Assembly (NCBI GenBank): GCA_044356455.1
Contig: JBIKWF010000017.1
Span: forward strand, 1-53,527
Origin: Bdellovibrionota bacterium
GTDB lineage: Bacteria > Bdellovibrionota_C > UBA2361 > JBGSMV01
Reading direction: 5' to 3'
DNA length: 53,527 nucleotides
The translations under genes were made by a program, and so were the position numbers. How positions within the stretch are numbered: position 1 is the stretch's first letter; the number at the start of each line of letters is the position of its first letter. Positions 30,342-40,936 of this stretch are shown piece by piece. Under the pieces are notes generated by a model. The model saw nothing but the letters and a program-made list of their open reading frames with translations. It was not told the origin of the DNA and did not search any database.

Positions 30342-31304
30342 ATGGCGGCGTCTTTTTTCGCTTCTGATATGCGCCCATATCTTTCAGGACCCAAGGCGGT
30401 CGGTGTCATTGCCCTTTCGGCCCCCAGCGAAGCAGCTCGGTTTGCAAAGGGCGTCGCCTATCTGGAGTCGCAAGGTGTTCAAGTTCGAGTGGCGCTCGAC
30501 CCTAGTGCCGCTTACGGGAAAAAGGACCACTTATTTTCAAGCGATACTCCGCAGCGCAGGGCGCAGGCGCTTGTCGATTTTGCGCGCGATCCATCGATAG
30601 GAGTGATTCTTGCCGCTCGCGGGGCCTATGGGGCCATGGAGATGATGCCCTTTTTGGACTTTGAGGCCCTTAAACAATTTCCTAAACCTTTGATTGGCTT
30701 CTCGGATACTACCGCTCTCTTGGTGGCGCTGCTTGATAAATCAGGTTGGCCCACAATTCATGGCCCCTCCCTAGAGTCGGCCTTTAGTAAGGCGGGAGAA
30801 AGTCAGGATCATCGCGCGAGTGCCGAAGCGCTCATTGGGCTTCTTAAGGAGGGCAAGGTTCCCTTAGAGGGAGCTTCCGTCTCTCTCCTTGGCGCTCCAA
30901 AGTTAGGGCATGTGCGCGGCATAGCGACGGGAGGAAACCTCACGCTCCTAGCGAGCCTTGTGGGCACTCCCTATCAGCCTTCGCTCGCGGGCAAGATTTT
31001 ATTCCTTGAGGATGTCTCCGTAAAACCCTATGCCGTTCATCGCTTGCTGCTTCAGATGAAGCTGGCTGATATGTTCAAAGGACTCGCGGGCGTCGCTCTC
31101 GGCGATTTTACTGGCTGCGTCCACGACAAGGGCCTTGGGCCTGATCTCGACCAGGTCTTGCTCGATATTTTTTCCTCCCTTGGCGTGCCGGTCTTTCGTA
31201 GACTAAGCGCAGGACATATTCCTCTTAATATTCCGCTGCCTTTTGGGGTGCCGGTAGGGGTGCAGTTTGATGGCTCCGGACATGGGAAGCTCTCGTTTTC
31301 ATAA
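30342..31304 (+). CDS. LD-carboxypeptidase (peptidase S66)
   Basis: ARGAYG, IGFSDTT (catalytic Ser), GGNL, LFLED, GH motifs. Confidence 0.9.
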   Translation: MAASFFASDMRPYLSGPKAVGVIALSAPSEAARFAKGVAYLESQGVQVRVALDPSAAYGKKDHLFSSDTPQRRAQALVDFARDPSIGVILAARGAYGAMEMMPFLDFEALKQFPKPLIGFSDTTALLVALLDKSGWPTIHGPSLESAFSKAGESQDHRASAEALIGLLKEGKVPLEGASVSLLGAPKLGHVRGIATGGNLTLLASLVGTPYQPSLAGKILFLEDVSVKPYAVHRLLLQMKLADMFKGLAGVALGDFTGCVHDKGLGPDLDQVLLDIFSSLGVPVFRRLSAGHIPLNIPLPFGVPVGVQFDGSGHGKLSFS

Positions 31305-31322
31305 GTGACTATAGAGGTTGGC

Positions 31323-32438
31323 ATGGCTCAAAAGATTCGTGTGGGAGTTATCTTTGGCGGCAAGTCGGCGGAGCATGAGGTTTCTGTCCGTTCTGCCCGT
31401 AATATTATTGCTGCCCTTGATAAGACCAAGTACGAGGCCGTGTTAGTCGGGATTGACCGAGAAGGGCGCTGGCATTTAGGCAATGAAGGCCGCCTCATGC
31501 TTGCTCCTGGTCAGCCAACTGTGGATGCCATTAGTGACAAGGACAACGTCATGCTTGCTCCTGCAGTTAAATCAGGAAGCGGCTCAGTTGTTACCGCGGG
31601 GAGTGCCGCGCCTTTAGCCAATCTTGATGTCGTGTTTCCCGTCTTGCATGGGCCAAATGGGGAAGATGGCACTATGCAGGGGCTCCTTAAGCTCGCGGGC
31701 ATTCCTTTTGTCGGGCCAAGTGTTCTTGGGTCCGCCGTAGGGATGGATAAAGACGTAATGAAGCGCCTTATGCGCGACGCGGGGATTCCGATTGGCCGTT
31801 TTGAAGTTCTCCATGCTCGGGATAGGTCGTCCTGGAGTCCCGAGGCGCTTCTTAAGTCTTTGGGATCGCCGGTCTTTGTGAAACCTGCGAACATGGGTTC
31901 TTCGGTTGGGATTCGCAAAGCTTCGACCGCGCAGGAGCTCCAGTCCGCGGTAGATTTTGCCTTCTTGTTTGATCGTAAAGTGATAATTGAGGCCTTTATA
32001 AAAGGTCGCGAGATTGAGTGTGCTGTTCTTGGGAATGACACTCCTAAGGCCTCCCTTCCAGGTGAGATTATCGCGGGTCATCAGCACGATTTTTATTCCT
32101 ATGAAGCAAAATACGTAGATTGCGAAGGGCAGCGTATCGAAATTCCCGCCAAGCTTCCCAAGGGAGTCGCTGAGGAGATTCAAGCTCTCGCAGTGAAGGT
32201 GTTTCAGGTGCTTTGTTGTGAGGGAATGAGCCGAGTCGATTTCTTCTATACGGAAGACGGGCGCATCTTGGTGAATGAAATCAATACCATCCCAGGATTT
32301 ACCAACATCAGCATGTACCCGATGATGTGGAAGGCCTCTGGGGTAGAGTACTCCGAGCTCATTGGTAAGCTTATCGAATTAGCTCTTGAGCGACATAAAG
32401 CCGAGTCGGCGCTTGTGGTGGCCCCAGCCTCGGCGTAA
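31323..32438 (+). CDS. ddl: D-alanine--D-alanine ligase
   Basis: [42 protein letters not shown]. Confidence 0.96.
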   Translation: MAQKIRVGVIFGGKSAEHEVSVRSARNIIAALDKTKYEAVLVGIDREGRWHLGNEGRLMLAPGQPTVDAISDKDNVMLAPAVKSGSGSVVTAGSAAPLANLDVVFPVLHGPNGEDGTMQGLLKLAGIPFVGPSVLGSAVGMDKDVMKRLMRDAGIPIGRFEVLHARDRSSWSPEALLKSLGSPVFVKPANMGSSVGIRKASTAQELQSAVDFAFLFDRKVIIEAFIKGREIECAVLGNDTPKASLPGEIIAGHQHDFYSYEAKYVDCEGQRIEIPAKLPKGVAEEIQALAVKVFQVLCCEGMSRVDFFYTEDGRILVNEINTIPGFTNISMYPMMWKASGVEYSELIGKLIELALERHKAESALVVAPASA

Positions 32439-32450
32439 TGCTCATCTAAA

Positions 32451-32580
32451 GGATTCTCCGAAAAACTCTCCTCTGTGTACCTCCGTGTCCTCTGTGGTGA
32501 ATTCCTTCATGAAAATTTCACCACAGAGGACACGGAGGTACACAGAGGTGTGTTAAGAATGAAGGTTTTTCAGAGTTTCT
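32451..32580. mobile_element. IS5-type MITE with perfect 32-bp internal inverted repeat
   Basis: Degenerate ends GGATTCTCCGAAAAAC / GTTTTTCAGAGTTTCT; arms 32470-32501 and 32517-32548 exactly complementary; core matches the 18470 and 20396 elements. Confidence 0.75.
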
Positions 32581-32756
32581 CAAGAATCTTTGGAAGGTTC
32601 ACGTTCGCCTGAGATCGTGCAGTGGGAAGTGCTCAGCCTGAAGTACTCGGAGGCGAGTTTTCCACAGGTTCCCTGACACCTCAGTGACTATTGGTCTTCC
32701 GTTGGAATTTCCTTAGAAAGTTCCGTATACTCACCGCTTCTCTGGAGTAGGCCCCT

Positions 32757-34016
32757 ATGCAAACCGCCGAGTCACTTTTTGGTGATATGTTTTCTGTCAA
32801 GGCAGAGTCAGATTCGACACGCACGGGGCCGTCGCGCGCCCAGACACAGTGGGCGAACTCAGAATTTAGTCCGGTAGTAGAGTGCGTTGAGCAGGCAATC
32901 AAAGACGGCGCTACTCCAGGCGCCGTGCTCCTTGTTGCACAGGGGGGGCGTGTCCTCATGCAGGAGGCCTTTGGTTCGCGAACCCCACGCTCCGCAAAGT
33001 TCCCGGATCCTCAGCCGATGAGTGAGGAGACGGTTTTTGATATCGCCTCGGTAACGAGTTCGGTAATTACGACAACCTTGGCCATGAAGTTGGTCGAGGC
33101 AGGGATGTTCTCACTTGAAGATAGAGTCTGTCGCTACGCGCAGTCGTTCGGAGTCCTCGGTAAGTCCGGGATAACCATTGGTCACCTGCTGAATCACTCC
33201 TCAAGTTTGCCGGCGTGGATGCCTTTTTTTGAGGACCTTCTGCGGGAAAATGCGGGAGCGCGCCGCGGAATTATTACGAGCCGCGGTGCGAGGGACTATG
33301 TGTTCCAGGCAATGAATAGGCTGCAGGTAAAGCCATCAGCCATCGGTGCCAAACAGGTATATAGCGACTTAGGGATGATGCTCCTTGGGCATCTCATTGA
33401 GCAATTAACGGGTGTTGGTCTCGAGAAAGCCGCGCACCGTTTGATATTCCAGCCGCTCGGCATGAAGAGCACTAGTTTCGTTGACCTCTCGATGATTAAA
33501 CGCCGAGGGATTCACCCCGTTACTGATCTTATCGCTCCCACAGAAGACTGCCCTTGGAGAGAGCGTGTTCTTTGCGGAGAGGTGCACGATGATAATGCCT
33601 GGGCTATGGGCGGCATTGCCGGGCACAGCGGCATATTCTCGACTGTTCGTGATTTGCACGTGCTTTGCCGCGAGTTGCTACGCTCGGTGCGCGGTGAAAG
33701 CGAGTTTATCGCGGCCCCTGTGGTGCGTATGTTCTGGAAGGGCGCAGGAGATTACGCTGAAGGCTGGCGCTACGGATGGGATAGCGCGAGTAGAGAGAAC
33801 GGCGTCGCAGAGATTGGATTTTCTAACCATGCCGTGGGCCACCACGGATTTACGGGATGCTCGGTCTGGCTTGACCCGGCCCTCGATCTAGAAATTATTC
33901 TGCTTTCTAATCGTGTGTGCCCAAGCAGAAATAATAAGAAGTTTCTCGCGGTGAGACCCGAGATTCATAAGCGCATCCTTACCGCACTCGAGAAGGGAGC
34001 TCGCCATGTGGGATAG
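32757..34016 (+). CDS. Beta-lactamase-fold serine hydrolase (AmiE/class C-like)
   Basis: FDIASVT, LLNHSS, YSDLG, GEVHDDNA, GHSGIFS, GHHGFTG; SxxK reads SxxS. Confidence 0.85.
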   Translation: MQTAESLFGDMFSVKAESDSTRTGPSRAQTQWANSEFSPVVECVEQAIKDGATPGAVLLVAQGGRVLMQEAFGSRTPRSAKFPDPQPMSEETVFDIASVTSSVITTTLAMKLVEAGMFSLEDRVCRYAQSFGVLGKSGITIGHLLNHSSSLPAWMPFFEDLLRENAGARRGIITSRGARDYVFQAMNRLQVKPSAIGAKQVYSDLGMMLLGHLIEQLTGVGLEKAAHRLIFQPLGMKSTSFVDLSMIKRRGIHPVTDLIAPTEDCPWRERVLCGEVHDDNAWAMGGIAGHSGIFSTVRDLHVLCRELLRSVRGESEFIAAPVVRMFWKGAGDYAEGWRYGWDSASRENGVAEIGFSNHAVGHHGFTGCSVWLDPALDLEIILLSNRVCPSRNNKKFLAVRPEIHKRILTALEKGARHVG

Positions 34017-35094
34017 ATTAGAAGCCGTAGAGCGGCGCTATGAAGAAATTGGAGCCCTTCTTTCCTCGCCAGACGTAATCAAGAACCGCGAACTTTTCTC
34101 AAAGTACTCAAGAGAGCATAAAGAACTCTCCGAGGTCGTCGCGACCCTTCGTGCCTATCGCAAAGCCAAGGACGAGCTTCAGGGTAGTAAGGACATGATC
34201 GCAAAAGAGAGCGATCCCGAGATGATTGCGGTTGCAAAGGAGGAGGCTGCTCTTCTTGGAAGGGAGCTTCAGGGGCTTGAAGAGCGCTTAAAACTTGCCC
34301 TGATTCCTAAAGACCCCAATGACCACAAGAATGTCATTATGGAAATTCGCGCCGGAGCAGGCGGCGATGAAGCGGGTATATTTGCAGGCGAACTTTTCCG
34401 CGCCTATATGCGCTATTGTCAGCTGCGTGGCTGGAAGGTCGAAATGATGCAGGCCTCGGATGCTCCTGCTGGCGGATACAAGGAAATTATCGCCACGATT
34501 ACAGGCGAAGGAGCTTACAGCCGTCTTAAGTATGAGCGAGGAGTGCACCGGGTGCAGCGAGTGCCGCAGACTGAGGCGCAGGGTCGTATTCATACCTCAA
34601 CTATCACAGTCGCCGTTTTGCCTGAGGCAGAAGAAGTCGATGTGAAGATTGAAGATAAAGATCTGCGCATAGACGTCTATCGCGCGGGTGGTCCCGGAGG
34701 TCAGAGCGTAAACACGACCGATTCTGCGGTGCGTATTACCCACTTGCCGACAGGGCTCGTTGTCGCGATGCAGGATGAAAAATCTCAGCATAAGAACCGA
34801 GATAAAGGACTTAGAGTTCTACGCTCTCGCCTGCTTGAGATGAAGATTGCCGAGCAAGATGCGAAGCGGGCCGCGGATCGTAAGGGCCAAGTAGGAAGCG
34901 GCGACCGATCAGAAAAAATTCGAACCTATAACTTTCCTCAGAGCCGTGTCACCGACCACCGCATTGGTCTTTCCGTGTACGCGTTGGCGGAAGTGGTGAA
35001 CGGAGATCTTGATCAGCTTATTGATCCGCTCATTGCGTACTTTCAGGCTGAAGCACTACAAGAGGGGCGTGGGGGAGAGACGGCGGTTAATTAG
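34006..35094 (+). CDS. prfA: Peptide chain release factor 1
   Basis: VQRVPQTE (PxT), GGQ motif, IRTYNFPQ. Confidence 0.98.
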   Translation: MWDRLEAVERRYEEIGALLSSPDVIKNRELFSKYSREHKELSEVVATLRAYRKAKDELQGSKDMIAKESDPEMIAVAKEEAALLGRELQGLEERLKLALIPKDPNDHKNVIMEIRAGAGGDEAGIFAGELFRAYMRYCQLRGWKVEMMQASDAPAGGYKEIIATITGEGAYSRLKYERGVHRVQRVPQTEAQGRIHTSTITVAVLPEAEEVDVKIEDKDLRIDVYRAGGPGGQSVNTTDSAVRITHLPTGLVVAMQDEKSQHKNRDKGLRVLRSRLLEMKIAEQDAKRAADRKGQVGSGDRSEKIRTYNFPQSRVTDHRIGLSVYALAEVVNGDLDQLIDPLIAYFQAEALQEGRGGETAVN

Positions 35095-35122
35095 GGAACT
35101 GCTGAAGGAGTGTTTAAGAAGA

Positions 35123-35152
35123 ACAACCACTAAGACCACAGAGACCACTAAG
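35123..35152. repeat. 9-nt periodic dispersed repeat
   Basis: acaaccactaagaccacagagaccactaag; exact reverse complement at 52386-52415. Confidence 0.75.
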
Positions 35153-35510
35153 AAAGCGGGGCTCGATAATTGCTTGCCATTGTAGGTACCGGTGCCTTCA
35201 ATTAGGACATGAAAGAAACCGAAACGATTGCTGCAGGCAGGCTTTTGTTCGCTGGGGAATGGCTGCGAGGTCTCTGGCCGCAGGGTCTCTTTCTCCCGGG
35301 GCGAGCCGCTTCATAGAGGCGCTTACCGTTAAGGGGCTGGGTGTGGGCGCTTCGGGAGCAAGCCTAGGGCGCTCTAACTCCCCATGTTTTTAAATGCGCG
35401 TAGAACACGGTAAGTGCTCCTCTTTCAATTAATACTAAAACGTCAAGAACTCCCTCATACTGAACGATAAGAATTCGTAGGCCTTTTAGCACGTAAGCCG
35501 CCAAACACTT

Positions 35511-36281
35511 ATGGCTCAATTCTATGAAAGCACGCCAAGTTTTCTTTCCGTATTGTTCGGAGTCTTCCTCACAAAATGGCTTATCAATAAGTTCCTTCTC
35601 GCAAGGCATGTCACAAATTCCATAAAGATAATGGAACTACAAAATGAGCTCCTCCTAATTCCCGCCACCAAATTAGAGAACGGTCCCCTCCCTCAGTCTT
35701 TATTAAGATTTATAAAGAAACACGCTGCGGCTCTCAAAGACAACGCCTTTAGGGAAGGTTTTACTACGCAGAGCTTAAAACTAAAGTTAGGCGGTGCCGA
35801 CACAATATCAAAAGTTTTTCTTGCATCAGATTCCCTTAGCGTTGTCGTCTTCACTCATTGCCGAACTAAAAGATATCTAAACTCCCTTTCGATCTATTTG
35901 CCATTCCCGCGCTTCACCGGGCGAACCGAATTAGCACTCGCCATCCAATCAAGCTTTAAAGATAAAACAGTTTTGCTGACCATAAACACCGCTGGGACTT
36001 TCCTATCGAACATTGACGAGCTCTACTTGCAAGCAAATCCCACGTGGAGGGACTTTGGTTCGATGTGGGACATCCACCGAAATGCTTTGAAGCTTCTTCA
36101 AGAGAAAGAGAAGGTCATTGCCATTTCTGTTACTGACTTCCCGTCTTTCGCCTATGCAGAGGAATGCGTGCGTGCGGCCCTTCTTAGAAAAAACCAGGCA
36201 CGCCTTCATCTTCTTCGCGCCAATGAGCTTAGTGCATTTTCAAAAGATGCCCTTGCTCCCCAAAAAACCGAGATAGAGTAG
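35511..36281 (+). CDS. Hypothetical protein, visibly AT-richer than flanks
   Basis: 256-aa ORF with N-terminal hydrophobic segment; no recognised family. Confidence 0.5.
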   Translation: MAQFYESTPSFLSVLFGVFLTKWLINKFLLARHVTNSIKIMELQNELLLIPATKLENGPLPQSLLRFIKKHAAALKDNAFREGFTTQSLKLKLGGADTISKVFLASDSLSVVVFTHCRTKRYLNSLSIYLPFPRFTGRTELALAIQSSFKDKTVLLTINTAGTFLSNIDELYLQANPTWRDFGSMWDIHRNALKLLQEKEKVIAISVTDFPSFAYAEECVRAALLRKNQARLHLLRANELSAFSKDALAPQKTEIE

Positions 36282-36330
36282 CGCCTGAGAAGTGGGGCGG
36301 GGCGACTTGTTGGGGTCGCCCCGCGGTTTT

Positions 36331-37155
36331 TCAGTGTTGAACCTTCCTTTCGATCGAGAACAGCCATGTGGAGAGGACGAAGGGGGCGGTTAGTGCGGGC
36401 CAGCCGAGGGCGCTGAATCCCATGGTGAAGAGCACTGCTGTTAGGGCTCCTCCCACCGAGCGCCATGCGTGGCGATTCGCACTCATGAGCACAAACACGG
36501 TCAGTGCAGCATTGAATCCGAATAATCCCGCGTCCACTGCTGAAGCCGCCTGTCCAAAGCTGAGTCCGAATGCAGCTCCGAGCGCTGCTCCGACGAGAAG
36601 CCACAAGCTTCGCGTCCCGCAGCTGCAAGCCACTCCCACTACGAACAGAAGCCCGCTAAGAGCGGTGCCCTGAAACATGATCTGACCCACGCCGGTAAAG
36701 GGCGCGAGAAGAGGCAAATCTGGGATTAGGCTAAGCCAGGCTTTGTGGCTTGCTGCTGAAGCATGAAGCGCCGTTCCAGCGAAGTAGATCAGCCAAGTCG
36801 CTACAACAAATGGGGCGGTATAACTTCTCATGCCTCTTTGAAGCATGGACCACTGAATCACGCTTGAGAGCACCGCTCCCACCGCTAAAAGTCCGGTGCT
36901 TAGCGGAGTCCATCCGAAGAAGAACACCACTGCAATGCCCACGAGCACACCGTTTTACCCGTACAATCCGTCTTCTACCTTTCCTTTCTGCTTCTCGAGC
37001 ATGATTCCAGTGATTGTGCTGATCACAAGACCAGCCAGCGCGCCGAGAGTCATAGAGGGCGAGCACGCGAGCAACCCCGCGGCGAAAAAGATCGCACACG
37101 CCAAGGATCGCTGCAGGATTACTTGTGATAATCCGTATCCAAAAAGCATGGGCAC
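36331..37155 (-). pseudogene. Urea transporter (UT family) with in-frame stop
   Basis: GLSQV / GVGQI repeats, GLYG*NG and GLFGFNA, TAPFV twice; TAA at 36955-36957 in frame. Confidence 0.85.
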
Positions 37156-37171
37156 GTGAGCTCTCCTTCCT

Positions 37172-37858
37172 TTACCCCCAAATGCAAGAGAGTACTCTCT
37201 CCGAGTCCGATAAATCGTCAAGCACAAAGTCCGCGCCCGCTGCGGTAAGGTCTTGGTGCGGAATTCCGCCCGTGGCAACCGCGATAACTCGGAACTCATT
37301 CGCCTTTGCCGCTTGGATATCAAATACGGTGTCGCCGAGGACGACTACCTCGGAAGGCGAGAATTGTTCGCCGTGGAGGGTGCATGCGCGTTCCAAGGCA
37401 GTTCGCATAAACGAGGCTCGCTCAGGATGGTCTGAGGCATATCCGCCGAATTCAAAATAGGATTCGAGCCCTGCTCTTCTTAGTTTTAGGCGAGCGGTAG
37501 ATTCGAGATTGCCTGTTTGAACACCTAGGTACGCGTCCTCGTGCGAAGCGAGGGTACGGACGAGTTCAGGCACGCCCGGTAGTATGCGGAATCCAATGCT
37601 TCTTTCTATCTCCCCTTTGAAGTGCTCAACAAAGCGCTCGTTAAATTGTACATGTTCGAGAGGGGTAGGGGGCCGGCCGAGAGTCGCCTGGGCTGCAAGT
37701 TCAAGAATCAAAGGATCCGTGCGGCCCCTTAGGTCAGGGGCAAAATCATTGGGCAAGGCTCCCAGCGTTTCGTTCAGAGCGCGAAGAAAGGAAGCCCTGC
37801 TTGCTCCTCCTGCGTGGAGCATGGTGCCGTCGATGTCAAAAAGTACTACGCGTGCCAT
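37172..37858 (-). CDS. HAD-family hydrolase/phosphatase
   Basis: LFDIDGT, TGN, LGDTVFD motifs. Confidence 0.9.
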   Translation of the reverse strand: MARVVLFDIDGTMLHAGGASRASFLRALNETLGALPNDFAPDLRGRTDPLILELAAQATLGRPPTPLEHVQFNERFVEHFKGEIERSIGFRILPGVPELVRTLASHEDAYLGVQTGNLESTARLKLRRAGLESYFEFGGYASDHPERASFMRTALERACTLHGEQFSPSEVVVLGDTVFDIQAAKANEFRVIAVATGGIPHQDLTAAGADFVLDDLSDSERVLSCIWG

Positions 37859-37914
37859 GCTGGAAACTTACGACCTGAAACGTAGCGGGTCAAACGAAAA
37901 CCTGGGGGGCTTAG

Positions 37915-38116
37915 GGAACCTCTGAAAAACCTAAAAATCGCGCTTCTTCTGTCCCGTTTTTCCTCCGCGTACCCCGCTCCGCCAAAGCTGCGCCGCGGCC
38001 GCACTTAAGCCTGGCTCGGCGCAGCCGTAAGGCGTAGACGACTCCTCGTTATTCAATAGTTTTCAAGTAACGCGGAGGACGCTGAGTACGCGGAGGAGGA
38101 GTTTTTCAGAGGCTCC
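37915..38116. mobile_element. IS5-type MITE
   Basis: TTAG|GGAACCTCTGAAAAAC ... GTTTTTCAGAGGCTCC|TTAG (16-bp IR with one mismatch, 4-bp duplication). Confidence 0.85.
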
Positions 38117-38152
38117 TTAGGTAACCTGAGGTCGCATGCTTCATAAAAAGAA

Positions 38153-39343
38153 TCATTTTGGCTTCAGCAGGCCCTTAATATCTCCTTGAAAAGGCTCAAT
38201 CTCAATTCTGCGTTCCTCGTCGTTAGAACCAATCGAGGTCTTAGGTCGCTTAGTAACGAGAGGCTCATTTTGTTTGGGAACACTCAAAATCGGGGCTGTC
38301 AGCGCACTCTCTCCTTGCTGAGATTCGTCTTCCTGTACTGCGGAGTTCTTCTGGACCGACCAACTGCTTCTTTCTCTTAACCAAGCGCGATATCTTTGGA
38401 ATGTCCAGCACCCGGAGTCGGCCCCCGTCTCAAGGCAGGTAACGAGTTTAAACGGCTCACGCGCGCGGATGTGAGCACGTGCGGCTGCGGTAGGGCGCAA
38501 AATCTCACATTCGGGCACCAAGATTTTGGCACTCTCCTGGTATACTAAGCGCTGCACAATCACTCCGCGTAGACAGTCCGCCAACTGCACCGCAACCGAG
38601 TGCTGAATCTCTGGGGCGAAGGCGCCAACAATTCGCTCTACCGCCTCTGAGGTACTCCCGGAGTGCAAGGTCACCATTACCAGATGTCCAGTCTCGGCAG
38701 CTGTGAGAACGAGCCGAATCGTTTCGGGATCGCGCATCTCCCCAACCACCAATACATCCGGGTCTTCGCGCAGCGAGTCGAGGATCGCTTGAGAAAACGA
38801 GGGTGAATCGCGACCTATTTCACGTTGCCGAATGTAGGCTCGGCGAGGTTTGATAAAATACTCGATCGGACTCTCTAAGGTTATAATGTGCCGCGGTTCA
38901 GAAACATTGATCTCATTTACGAGCGCCGCGAGTGTCGAAGATTTGCCGCTGCCGGTGGGCCCACTTATGACGACCAAGCCATGCTCTAAATGGCAAAAGT
39001 CCAGCAAAGAAGGATGTAGATTCAAGACTTCAAGGGAGAGGTTTGCGGTGTGCAACAAGCGGACGGCAAATCCGATCCCGCGCATGGTGCGAAAAATATT
39101 AATACGGCAGCGCTGTCCTGCAATTACGTGGGAAAGGTCATAGGAGCCGCGTTTGACGAGCTCTGCCCAGCGGTCATCTCCAAGCAAGCTGCGTGCTTGC
39201 TCGAGGAGCACCTCACGAGAGAGCAGCCCCTCCTGTATCTGAATCGTTCCATTGAGGCGGAAGGCAGGCGGCAGTCCCGGTTCCAGATGCAAGTCGCTGG
39301 CTCCTAGGCTTTTTGCTTGAGTGATAAGGTTTTGTAGAAACAT
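38153..39343 (-). CDS. PilT/PilU-family type IV pilus ATPase
   Basis: ASDLHL, GPTGSGKS, TLESPIE, VGEMRD, AETGHLV..TLH. Confidence 0.9.
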   Translation of the reverse strand: MFLQNLITQAKSLGASDLHLEPGLPPAFRLNGTIQIQEGLLSREVLLEQARSLLGDDRWAELVKRGSYDLSHVIAGQRCRINIFRTMRGIGFAVRLLHTANLSLEVLNLHPSLLDFCHLEHGLVVISGPTGSGKSSTLAALVNEINVSEPRHIITLESPIEYFIKPRRAYIRQREIGRDSPSFSQAILDSLREDPDVLVVGEMRDPETIRLVLTAAETGHLVMVTLHSGSTSEAVERIVGAFAPEIQHSVAVQLADCLRGVIVQRLVYQESAKILVPECEILRPTAAARAHIRAREPFKLVTCLETGADSGCWTFQRYRAWLRERSSWSVQKNSAVQEDESQQGESALTAPILSVPKQNEPLVTKRPKTSIGSNDEERRIEIEPFQGDIKGLLKPK

Positions 39344-39407
39344 AGATGCCTCCTCGAGCCGTCATCCTTCACGGGAGTTCTTCGGGCCCCTGAGAGAAGA
39401 CGATTAG

Positions 39408-39465
39408 GAGTATATCCCGTAGAGAATTCTACCACTACATCTTGTGTTGGTAGTGGGGCACATTC
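39408..39465. mobile_element. Mini-MITE, second family
   Basis: TTAG|GAGTATATCCCGTAG ... GGGCACATTC|CTAG; inverted homologue of 45244-45304. Confidence 0.6.
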
Positions 39466-39778
39466 CTAGCCCTACGCCGCCTTCTTTTTCCTCTCCGCAA
39501 TCGCATCGGAGAGAAATAGCGTAGTTATCGCCTGGTCTTCGCTTTCACAGAACGCCCTCTCTCATCTCGATGCCGGCCTCGCCGTACTGATCCGAACCTA
39601 CTCCTTTCGAACATGAACCCCACCATCAGTACTCTTCCCTCGGTAACATTCTATTTGACTCATGTCGGTGTCTGGCCGAAAGCCCAAGTAACGTAGCCTC
39701 GTCTCAATTCTATCCATACCAATTCAGAAGAATCAGAGAGGTCGGTAGCTTTTAAAGCAGCGGATCTCTTCCCTAACG

Positions 39779-40936
39779 GTGGCTAAGGACATGTTTAACC
39801 AGAGATCGTTCAGAGTTTTGGGCGCGTCGGCCGCAGTAGCGGGCGCTGTGTGGAGTGGGGGTTGTGATCAGAGCTCGCCGCCTGCCGGGCAGTCCCCCGC
39901 ATCAGCCCCTTCACCGTGGCCGGTTGGCGTTGAACAATCCATAATGGACGCAGTTCTGCGTACAAAAGACTTTTACAAGCGTCAATCGACTGCAAAGGGA
40001 GTGTCAGCCGAGGAAGTGCTCGCCAAAATCAATGAACTTCAGGAAGGTCTCTTCCGCGCGCTCCCTGGTCGAAAGTTTGATCGACCGATGGATGTCGCCT
40101 CTCTAAGGGGGAGTCTAGACCTGTTGCAACGTGAGTACCTTCCTCTGGGATATTTTGTCGATGTAGGAGTCGATTTCGCCAATAGTAAATATTACCTATC
40201 GGTGGAGATCTTGAAATTGAGCGATCTGCCTCTCGAATTCGAGCAAAAAACTTTTGTTGCAGGAGAGTTCCGATTCCCTGTGCCGGAAGGCGTTCAGGCC
40301 CGAGCGATCGAAAAACATCTGTGCGATCGGTACGAGCGTACGGCTGGAAATTTGGCTACAGGCAAGGAGCTAGTTCCCCTGGGCGTCTTTGAACGCAGCG
40401 TCAACTTAGTTCTCGTCTCTCCTCAAGTGGCTCGAGACATAGCCATCCATTTGGGCGTTGATTCGGAAAGAATTGTTAAGACAGCGCTACTAAATGAGCT
40501 CGGGCATGCGGCATTGCATCCTTTTCTTGATCCGCTGCAAGAGCAGGCCGAAAGCGCCGACCCTACGGGAGCAGCGAATGGCAAGGGGAAGCCACTTAAT
40601 TTTAAGCAGATAAATGAAGCTTTTTCCGACTATGTCTCAATACGGTACGGTCCCGATCTTGTACTCATGCTTCATCAGCTTGCCGAGCCCTCGACCGAGT
40701 CTTACCAATTTTCTTATGAGCTCATGCAGAAGGGTGTCGCTGCGGTACTTCAGGCTGGTCCCGCTGTAGTTGACTTGAGTAAGATCGATCGTTCGAACGG
40801 TAGCACGGCGACTCTCACGCTCAACAAGTATCTGCTGGAAAATCCCGCCCGGGTGGAGCGTGTGCGCGCGATCATTGCTACTACTTATGAGCAGCATCTA
40901 GTCCAGATATTTGGAGCATTGAAAGATGCGAACTAA
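39779..40936 (+). CDS. Putative lipoprotein with zincin-like motif variant
   Basis: Signal ending SGGC; LLNELGH plus downstream NEAFSD. Confidence 0.6.
   Translation: MAKDMFNQRSFRVLGASAAVAGAVWSGGCDQSSPPAGQSPASAPSPWPVGVEQSIMDAVLRTKDFYKRQSTAKGVSAEEVLAKINELQEGLFRALPGRKFDRPMDVASLRGSLDLLQREYLPLGYFVDVGVDFANSKYYLSVEILKLSDLPLEFEQKTFVAGEFRFPVPEGVQARAIEKHLCDRYERTAGNLATGKELVPLGVFERSVNLVLVSPQVARDIAIHLGVDSERIVKTALLNELGHAALHPFLDPLQEQAESADPTGAANGKGKPLNFKQINEAFSDYVSIRYGPDLVLMLHQLAEPSTESYQFSYELMQKGVAAVLQAGPAVVDLSKIDRSNGSTATLTLNKYLLENPARVERVRAIIATTYEQHLVQIFGALKDAN

Noticed and set aside
31323..32438. Van-type D-Ala-D-Lac ligase
   Set aside because: Omega loop YSYEAKY is of the ordinary D-Ala-D-Ala type, and there are no vanH/vanX neighbours
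35225..35310. GC-rich potential hairpin after prfA as an ncRNA
   Set aside because: Imperfect pairing and no recognisable family features
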